Assembly (NCBI RefSeq): GCF_000013905.1
Contig: NC_007969.1
Location: 1,740,001 to 1,772,000 of the forward strand
Source: Psychrobacter cryohalolentis K5
Lineage (GTDB): Bacteria; Pseudomonadota; Gammaproteobacteria; Pseudomonadales; Moraxellaceae
DNA length: 32,000 nt
Direction of reading: 5' to 3'
Part shown: positions 18,121 through 25,538 of the stretch, piece by piece
Layout: each line of letters begins with the position of its first letter
Numbering within the stretch: the first letter of the stretch is position 1
The notes under the pieces: model-generated
Databases searched by the model: none
What the model was told of the DNA's origin: nothing
What the model saw: only the letters and a program-made list of their open reading frames with translations
Made by a program: the position numbers and the translations under genes

Positions 18121-19203
18121 TTAAGAGCGCCTCGGATCAAAGGCATCACGCAGTGCTTCGCCAACGAAGATGAGCAACGACAAAATAAAGGTTAAACTAA
18201 AAAATCCCGATAAGGCCAGCCAAGGCGCATCAAGGTTGTTTTTCCCTTGTACCATCAGCTCACCCAGCGACGGTGACCCAGGCGGTAAACCATAACCTAA
18301 GAAATCTAGCGCTGTTAACGCAATAATATTGGCCGTTAAAATGAACGGCAGCTGTGACAAGCTTGATGCTAGGGCATTGGGCAAGATGTGCCTTAGCATG
18401 ATTTGGCTGTCGGAAGCCCCCAGATTGCGCGCCGCACGCACATAATCAAAGTTACGCGCGCGCAAAAACTCTGCCCGTACCAAACCAACCAATCCCATCC
18501 AGCCAAACAATAACATCATCGCAAATAGCATAAAAATACTAGGGCTAAATAAGCTGACCAAAATAATAATCATAAACAGCTGCGGCATACCGCCCCAAAC
18601 CTCCATGAAGCGCTGACCAGCCAAATCTATCCAACCACCGTAATAACCTTGTATCGCACCGACGATAATACCAATTAATGCACCGGCAAGTGTCAATGCC
18701 AGACCAAATAATAATGACACTCGCATGCCATACAGTATACGCGCCAGCACATCGCGACCCAAGTCATCCGTACCAAGCCAATTCTGGCTATTGGGTGCCG
18801 CTGGATATGGAATACCTAGCTCAACGTTTGGCGTCTGATCAGCAAACGGAATGATCGGCATCACATAATAACCCTGCTCAGTAATCAGCGTCTGTACCGC
18901 AGGATCTTTGTAATTGGTCTCGGTCTCAAACACTCCGCCAAAAGTCGTCTCAGGATAGGCTTTTAGTACGGGGAAGTAGTAATCGCCTTGATACTGTACA
19001 AGTAGCGGCTTGTCATTGGCAATCACATTGGCTGCCATACAGATCACAAATATCAAGGCAAAAATGAACAGCGATATGACACCAAGACGATTTTGACGAA
19101 AGCGATTAAGTCTTGCCTGCCAGATAGGATTTAGGCGACGTTTTTTTTCTATAGCAATAGCAGATGCGCTTGAGTGCGTTGAAGGTAATGGATGACTTGA
19201 CAT
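18121..19203 (-). CDS. yejE: ABC transporter permease (YejE-like, peptide/opine family)
   Basis: 360-aa multi-TM protein with the N-terminal extension typical of YejE. Its ATG overlaps the yejB stop (TAATG), indicating translational coupling. Confidence 0.8.
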   Translation of the reverse strand: MSSHPLPSTHSSASAIAIEKKRRLNPIWQARLNRFRQNRLGVISLFIFALIFVICMAANVIANDKPLLVQYQGDYYFPVLKAYPETTFGGVFETETNYKDPAVQTLITEQGYYVMPIIPFADQTPNVELGIPYPAAPNSQNWLGTDDLGRDVLARILYGMRVSLLFGLALTLAGALIGIIVGAIQGYYGGWIDLAGQRFMEVWGGMPQLFMIIILVSLFSPSIFMLFAMMLLFGWMGLVGLVRAEFLRARNFDYVRAARNLGASDSQIMLRHILPNALASSLSQLPFILTANIIALTALDFLGYGLPPGSPSLGELMVQGKNNLDAPWLALSGFFSLTFILSLLIFVGEALRDAFDPRRS

Positions 19204-20270
19204 TAGCGCCCCTCAAAATCGATACGGGGATCAATTAAGTGATAACTTAAATCACTGATTAACTGTAATAACAGTCCGACCAAGGTAAAAATAAACAGCG
19301 TGCCAAATATCACGGGATAATCACGCTGCTGAATGGCTTCGAAACCTAACAAGCCCAAACCATCAAGCTTAAAGATAATCTCAATAAGGAAATTACCAGC
19401 AAAGAAAATGCCAACGATAGCCGCTGGAATACCGGCGATAATAATCAGCATGGCATTACGAAACACATGTCCGTATAGCACTTGACGCTCAGCCAAGCCT
19501 TTGGCACGAGCAGTAAGCACATATTGCTTGCCGAGCTCTTCTAAAAAGCTAAACTTGGTCAAATAGGTCAAGCCAGCGAAACCACCAACCGTACTTGCTA
19601 GCAGCGGTAGCGCCAAATGCCAAAAGTAATCTTTGATTTTACCCAGCACGCTCAATTGATCAAAATTCTCAGAGGTCAAGCCTTGCAGTGGAAAGATATT
19701 CCAGTAGCTACCACCTGCAAAAAACACCAGTAATATAACGGCAAATACGAAAACGGGAATCGCATGGCCGATAGCTAGTAGCATGGCTGTGACTTTATCA
19801 ATCCCTGAGCCATGATGCATGGCTTTATAGACCCCTAGTGGAATCGCTATCATATAAATCAGCAGCGTGCTCCAAAGCCCAAGCGAGATTGAAACGGGTA
19901 GCTTCTCGATAATCAAATCAGTGACCGATTGCCCTTTAAAAAACGACTCCCCAAAATCCAGCTGGGCATAATTTTTTAGCATCAGCCAAAAGCGCTCAGG
20001 CGCGGATTTGTCGAAGCCATATTGTGCATTAATCGCCGCCACCATCTCTTCTGATAGGCCGCGCGTGCCTTGATACGTACTATTATTACCTGAACTACCC
20101 GCACCAATATTACCACCCAAGGCATTGTCTTTTGCACCTTGCTCAATCATGGCGAATTGCTGCTCAACAGGACCGCCGGGCGCTGCTTGTACAATGACAA
20201 AATTCGCCAGCAATATCAAAAATAGCGTCGGTAATATCAATAACAACCTTTTTAAGATATAACGACCCAT
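19203..20270 (-). CDS. yejB: ABC transporter permease (YejB-like)
   Basis: It looks near-colinear by eye with my recollection of E. coli YejB, from MG.Y...RLLL..PTL through APGGPV... and ARAKG to the ending DPRIDFEGR. TAGGAAG is the RBS. Confidence 0.8.
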   Translation of the reverse strand: MGRYILKRLLLILPTLFLILLANFVIVQAAPGGPVEQQFAMIEQGAKDNALGGNIGAGSSGNNSTYQGTRGLSEEMVAAINAQYGFDKSAPERFWLMLKNYAQLDFGESFFKGQSVTDLIIEKLPVSISLGLWSTLLIYMIAIPLGVYKAMHHGSGIDKVTAMLLAIGHAIPVFVFAVILLVFFAGGSYWNIFPLQGLTSENFDQLSVLGKIKDYFWHLALPLLASTVGGFAGLTYLTKFSFLEELGKQYVLTARAKGLAERQVLYGHVFRNAMLIIIAGIPAAIVGIFFAGNFLIEIIFKLDGLGLLGFEAIQQRDYPVIFGTLFIFTLVGLLLQLISDLSYHLIDPRIDFEGR

Positions 20271-20361
20271 AATGGCGGCTTCCTAATAGTAAGAAATATG
20301 GCAATAGAAATAATGCGCAGCTAATAACTCTCAAAGCGTCAGTCGAAGCATTGATTAGAAT

Positions 20362-21141
20362 TTAAAAGTTATTTTTAAGCTCACGTAGAGCTGCAAATAC
20401 AGTCAAAGATTTATCATCATCGATATTAAACTGAGCTTTTACACCTGCAATCACACTCGGCTCTTGCGTCCGTAAAAACACATTGATCGCACGTTCATGT
20501 CCTAAAGTAACAGGGAGCGTCGGAATGCCTTGTGCGGTTTTGTCTTCTGCTTGTGCCAAAGCTTGCTGCATCGCTTCATTATCAGGCTCAATCGACAACC
20601 CAAAACGTAGATTGCTAGCAGTATATTCATGTGCAGGATATAACAGCGTCTCAGCTGGCAGTCCATTTAGACGCTTAAAGCTGTCATGCAACTGCTCAAT
20701 CGTTCCTGTAAACACACGTCCGCATCCAGCACTAAATAAGGTATCGCCACAAAAGCAATGCTTAAGGCCATCGATATCTAATATATAAGCCATATGGCTA
20801 GCGGTATGACCTGACACATCCCAAACTTGTGCAGAGCAGCCCCACGCGCTTACTGTACTGCCATCTTTGATGGTCTGATCTTCATCGACATTATGCTCGG
20901 TATGCGCAACCAGATGCGTCATCGGATACGATTCTTGTAACTCTGCAACGCCGCCGATATGGTCATGATGATGATGAGTCGTCCAGATAGACGTCAGCTC
21001 TAATCCATTTTCCTCTAAATAAGCAACAACTGGTGCCGCTTGACCCGGATCAATAACAATGGCTTGCTTGTTACTCTCATTGATTAGTGTCCAAATATAG
21101 TTGTCATTGAATGCTTTAATTGGGTGAATACGAATACTCAT
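20362..21141 (-). CDS. gloB: Hydroxyacylglutathione hydrolase (glyoxalase II), MBL fold
   Basis: 259 aa with N-terminal AFNDNYIW, the THHHHDHIGG metal motif, CGDTLF, and the C-terminal ...LR..KN.F typical of GloB. Confidence 0.85.
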   Translation of the reverse strand: MSIRIHPIKAFNDNYIWTLINESNKQAIVIDPGQAAPVVAYLEENGLELTSIWTTHHHHDHIGGVAELQESYPMTHLVAHTEHNVDEDQTIKDGSTVSAWGCSAQVWDVSGHTASHMAYILDIDGLKHCFCGDTLFSAGCGRVFTGTIEQLHDSFKRLNGLPAETLLYPAHEYTASNLRFGLSIEPDNEAMQQALAQAEDKTAQGIPTLPVTLGHERAINVFLRTQEPSVIAGVKAQFNIDDDKSLTVFAALRELKNNF

Positions 21142-21231
21142 ACTAAATCCTTACCAGTGGTTATCTTTATTGCTAATGTCTATTAAATTCTTTCAAATTA
21201 CTTTTAATGTCATTGTCACTGTCACTGTCAC

Positions 21232-23064
21232 TTACTGTTTTAAATATTGATTAACGCGTGCTTCTGCTTTTTTATCCGTCCACCAGTAATCAATACCGAT
21301 GGCATTAGATGGCAGCTTTTCAGTATGACGGTATTGATTCCAATACGCGACATTGGTACTAGACTTACCATATAATGGCACCAAATAGTGACCTGCACGC
21401 AGCAGGCGATCGAGCACTTGAGTATAGAGTACAATCTCATCACGGTTTTTAGCATTGGCAAGCAACGCTGTCACTGTATCGATAGCAGTATTTTTTATGC
21501 CAGCCGTATTATGATTACCAGGCTCATCAGCCGCCGCACTGCCCCAAAATGCCGCTTGCTCAGCACCAGGCGATAAGCTCTGGGCGAATACATCGACTAC
21601 CATGTCATAATCGAAACGACGCACACGCTCATAATATTGTGCACCATCCACTTGGCGTAGCGTCACATCAAAGCCTAAACGCTTTAGATTACGAATATAA
21701 GGCAACAACACTCGACCCATGGTTTCGCCTGTCATTAAAATTTCAATCTGAGCAAGCTTGCCATCCGGCTGATACAGCTTCATATCTTCATAATAAAATC
21801 CAGCATCTAGCAACAGCTGCCGCGCTTTTAACAACCCTTCGCGATTAAAGCCACTACCATCACTGGTTGGCAGCTGCCACTCCATTAATACTGCTTTGCG
21901 CTGCATTGGTTCAAGTTTAGATAATAATGGAATTAGCACCTGCATCTCTGCATCTGTCGGCGTGCCAGTGGCGGCAAGCTCTGATCCATGAAAAAAGCTT
22001 TGCAAACGCTCATACTGCCCATGAAATAAGGTTTTATTCATCCATTCGAAATCATAAGCTGCGGTTAAGGCTTGACGGACACGAATATCTTGAAAGATGG
22101 GCCGACGCATATTCATGATAAGTGCTTGCATCGGCACTGGATTTTGACTGCTTATTGATTCTTTACTAATAAGACCTGCTTTTACTGCGGGGAAATTATA
22201 ACCCGTTGCCCAGTTAGACGCTTTATTCTCTGGGCGAAAACGATATTGACCCGATTTAAAACCTTCAAAAGCAATCTCATCACTCTGATAGTAGACAAAC
22301 TTAATCATATCAAAATTATAACGACCACGATTGACCATCAAATCACGACCCCAATAATTGGGATCACGCACATAACTGACTGCCCGTCCCGCATCAACAC
22401 GCCCTAATTTGTAAGGACCGCTACCCATCAATGGCGTTAGGCTAATTTTTTCAAAATCAGCATCGATAGAAGACTTGGCAAAAATAGGAAATTGACCAAC
22501 CGTTAATAAAATCTCTTTATTTTTATCAGAGGCAAAAACAAATTTTACTTGCTGTTTATTAATAATCTGAATGTCTTTAATATCCCCCAAATAGCTGCGA
22601 ATATACATCGGCCCTTTGTTCAGTATCGCGTCGTAAGTGGCTTTTACATCATGACTGGTCACCAATGATCCATCCCAAAAGCGTGCGGCAGGATTGATAT
22701 GATAAATAATCCAGCTGGTATCATCAGGGTCATAAGTGACCTTACTTGCCAGCTGCGGATACATGGTAAAAGCTTCATTTAATGAGCCAGTCATCAAGGT
22801 ATCATATAGATAGTCGGTGCCAGCCATTGCTACCCCCGTCGTCATCCATTTATTAGCCGCATTAAAAGTACCGCGCGCATCAAGCGACAACGTGCCACCG
22901 GTGGGCGCATTTGGATTGGCATACGGCATAAATGGGGCGTCGATATATTCAGTAGGACTATTATGACCAAGCGCAGTAGTAGTGATCGGCACCGCGATAC
23001 TGGCTGGTATCCAGCTCGCCATGGTCACTAATAGGACAGTTTTTAGCATGGTATTTTTTAGCAT
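21232..23064 (-). CDS. yejA: Periplasmic family-5 solute-binding protein (YejA-like)
   Basis: 610 aa with a signal peptide (VLLVTMASWIPASIAVP). Its size, its family-5 SBP character and its linkage to yejBEF fit YejA. Confidence 0.75.
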   Translation of the reverse strand: MLKNTMLKTVLLVTMASWIPASIAVPITTTALGHNSPTEYIDAPFMPYANPNAPTGGTLSLDARGTFNAANKWMTTGVAMAGTDYLYDTLMTGSLNEAFTMYPQLASKVTYDPDDTSWIIYHINPAARFWDGSLVTSHDVKATYDAILNKGPMYIRSYLGDIKDIQIINKQQVKFVFASDKNKEILLTVGQFPIFAKSSIDADFEKISLTPLMGSGPYKLGRVDAGRAVSYVRDPNYWGRDLMVNRGRYNFDMIKFVYYQSDEIAFEGFKSGQYRFRPENKASNWATGYNFPAVKAGLISKESISSQNPVPMQALIMNMRRPIFQDIRVRQALTAAYDFEWMNKTLFHGQYERLQSFFHGSELAATGTPTDAEMQVLIPLLSKLEPMQRKAVLMEWQLPTSDGSGFNREGLLKARQLLLDAGFYYEDMKLYQPDGKLAQIEILMTGETMGRVLLPYIRNLKRLGFDVTLRQVDGAQYYERVRRFDYDMVVDVFAQSLSPGAEQAAFWGSAAADEPGNHNTAGIKNTAIDTVTALLANAKNRDEIVLYTQVLDRLLRAGHYLVPLYGKSSTNVAYWNQYRHTEKLPSNAIGIDYWWTDKKAEARVNQYLKQ

Positions 23065-23258
23065 AATAAAGTTATAACAAACCCCTGTGCTAGCCCAATG
23101 AATATGGTGATAATTGACTAAAGTTCTGCTCTATAATGGAAAGCAGTAAGTGCCGCAAAATTTTATCATAACAAACTTAGATTTTTTAACCTAATGGTTT
23201 GCAGCGTGAAAGTGACTCTATGACACATTATTCACCAATGATAAGCATCAATGCTCAT

Positions 23259-23294
23259 AAAAAAAGACGCAACTCATAAAAGTGCGTCTTTTTT
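23259..23294 (-). terminator. Intrinsic terminator after serC
   Basis: aaaaaAAGACGCAactcataaaagTGCGTCTTtttt: 8-bp stem flanked by A- and T-runs. Confidence 0.65.
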
Positions 23295-23311
23295 CCAAAA
23301 ACTGTACTGAC

Positions 23312-24427
23312 TTAGGCGTGCTTCTTTTCAAACGCAATCATAAAGTCGACCAGCTGCTGTACCCAGTCTAGCGACACCGCATTGTAGATGCTAGCACGCA
23401 TACCGCCAACATCGCGGTGACCTTTTAGATGCAGTAAACCTGCTGCTTCTGACTCTTCTAAAAATACTTTATCAAGACTGCTGTCAGCCAACGTAAATGG
23501 GACGTTCATGATAGAACGATACTTAGTGTCGACTGGATTGCTATAAAAGCGACTATCATCAATCGTTTTATAGAGCAAATCCGCTTTTTGTTGATTGATT
23601 TTTCCGATAGCAGCAACGCCGCCTTGCTCTTCTAACCAATCAAAGACCAGACCTGCCAAGTACCAAGAGTACGTCGCTGGCGTGTTTGACATAGATTCTT
23701 TTTCGGCTTGGTGTTCATAGTTCATGAGTAGCGGGCACCACTCACTTGCCTGCCCTAATAAGTCTTCGCGAATGATGACAATAATTAGCCCAGCTGGACC
23801 AATATTCTTTTGCGCACCAGCATAAATCATCCCAAATTTAGACACATCAATCGGTTGTGACAAAATGCAAGATGACATATCAACGATAATAGGCGCATCA
23901 ACTTTCGGTGGCTCAAATACTTGCAAACCATGAATGGTCTCATTGGCACAGTAGTGGAAATACGCCGCATCTTCGCTCAGGTTCCAGTCACTTTGGTCTG
24001 GCACGTCGGTAAAGTTACTGTCTTTGCCTGTTGCCACCAGATTAACCTCACCAAGGCCTAAATTAGCATAACGCTGCGCTTCTTTAATGGCTTTTCCTGA
24101 CCAAGCACCAGTAGTGAGGTAGTCACCGCGTCCACCATTTAACAGATTTAATGGAATGGCTGAAAACTGTAAGCTGGCGCCACCTTGCAAAAACAGCACT
24201 TTATAATTGTCTGGAATATCCATCAATGAGCGCAGTTTGGCTTCAGCTTTTTCAGTAATCGCGATGTATTCTTTACTACGATGGCTGATTTCCATCACCG
24301 ATACGCCGCGTCCTTGCCAGTCTAGCAACTCTTCTTGAGCACGTGATAACACGGCGGTCGGTATAGTAGCAGGTCCTGCTGAAAAATTAGGTACACGGTT
24401 AGGAGCGGCTTTGGTAGTCATAATCAT
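23312..24427 (-). CDS. serC: 3-phosphoserine/phosphohydroxythreonine aminotransferase
   Basis: 371 aa with FSAGPA near the N-terminus, the PLP region YAGAQKNIGPAG, and GGMRASIYNA near the C-terminus. The start may be the second ATG at 24421, which has better AGGA spacing. Confidence 0.9.
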   Translation of the reverse strand: MIMTTKAAPNRVPNFSAGPATIPTAVLSRAQEELLDWQGRGVSVMEISHRSKEYIAITEKAEAKLRSLMDIPDNYKVLFLQGGASLQFSAIPLNLLNGGRGDYLTTGAWSGKAIKEAQRYANLGLGEVNLVATGKDSNFTDVPDQSDWNLSEDAAYFHYCANETIHGLQVFEPPKVDAPIIVDMSSCILSQPIDVSKFGMIYAGAQKNIGPAGLIIVIIREDLLGQASEWCPLLMNYEHQAEKESMSNTPATYSWYLAGLVFDWLEEQGGVAAIGKINQQKADLLYKTIDDSRFYSNPVDTKYRSIMNVPFTLADSSLDKVFLEESEAAGLLHLKGHRDVGGMRASIYNAVSLDWVQQLVDFMIAFEKKHA

Positions 24428-24566
24428 TATCCTAAATATGATAAAATCATCGTTGTTAGTTGGGTTTTAAAAATTATGGGATTTAAAAGTTAACCATTGA
24501 AATACTTCTTACGTTTTTATTTTATTGGCTAACGACTATGTTGCTTATACAAAATGATCAAAACTT

Positions 24567-25433
24567 TCACTGTTGATCAGCCGAACCAGAAATCATCTCC
24601 CAAAGCGTGCGCTTTAAGCGACTATCAGTAAGCATTTCATCTAACGTTGGTGCAGCAGTCAAATCGGGATGCTCAAGCCCTTCAGGTAACGCAGTCAACG
24701 CCAACACCTTTATTTCTTCTTCGCAGCGTCCAATTTTAAAGACATGTCCAGCAAAACTGGCATTGGCAAGCTCAGCCGTATCCATGCCCTCACAGATAGG
24801 GAATGATGTTGTCTCACAAGAGATTGATAGCGCTTGTGTGATATTTTGCCACAGTTTTTGGCTGTCATTATTAAGCGCTTGAATATCAGCAATGATTACC
24901 CAATCGCCATAACGACCACCTTGTAAGTCGAACGGTGCTACCTTAAGGGCATGGTCATAATGACTGTCATTAGAAAATACCTGCTCATCAAACAGGGCAA
25001 CGTCTTGTTGAACGACCGTATTTATCTTAGAACCAACTGCGGTATCAGGGCTGACTGCATCAAAACTATAAGTAACTGGGCTTTGCTGGTTAAAGGTATG
25101 CGCGCTTATATCTTGGAGGTCGTCAGTTCCCGCTTCATTATATGGATAAGCAGAGACATTATGGTCAGCACTGCTATCTAATATTTCAACGTTTTCTTCA
25201 TCTGGATTTACGATGCTGACAACTGGCTGTTCATTATTTGGCTGTGTCTTGACGTTGCTAGAAGTAGAATCAGACTGAGTCATACTGGGCATGACAGTAG
25301 ATGCTGCAATATCACTGATATTAAGAGTTTCTGAGCTTGGCTGCACCCACTGATTGATACCCATCATCGCTAAAATCTGACGCTGCTGTACACGGTGCTG
25401 TAATACCAGCTGCGGGTCTTGGATATCACTCAT
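24567..25433 (-). CDS. Hypothetical acidic protein; possible long-form DNA polymerase III psi subunit (HolD-like)
   Basis: The resemblance to E. coli HolD, as I remember it, is at motif level only:
- RQILAMMGINQWVQPS resembles LQQLGITQWSLRRP.
- WVIIADIQALNNDSQKLWQNITQALSIS resembles LVMVANDLPALTDPLVSDVLRALTVS.
- APTLDEMLTDSRLKRTLWEMI resembles SPALTDLRANPTARAALWQQI.
- A low-complexity insert of about 130 aa separates the motifs. Confidence 0.45.
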   Translation of the reverse strand: MSDIQDPQLVLQHRVQQRQILAMMGINQWVQPSSETLNISDIAASTVMPSMTQSDSTSSNVKTQPNNEQPVVSIVNPDEENVEILDSSADHNVSAYPYNEAGTDDLQDISAHTFNQQSPVTYSFDAVSPDTAVGSKINTVVQQDVALFDEQVFSNDSHYDHALKVAPFDLQGGRYGDWVIIADIQALNNDSQKLWQNITQALSISCETTSFPICEGMDTAELANASFAGHVFKIGRCEEEIKVLALTALPEGLEHPDLTAAPTLDEMLTDSRLKRTLWEMISGSADQQ

Positions 25434-25538
25434 GCGACTCTACTATCCTACTTATATAAAATGGGTTTACAGGCTTTTACTGTCAAAAACGATGTTAACC
25501 ATTACTTGACGCACTAACTATAAAATCGTCCAATCTAC

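Noticed and set aside
21214-21231. (TGTCAC)x3 hexamer repeat between yejA and gloB
   Set aside because: There are only three copies. That is too short to distinguish from chance or to assign a function.
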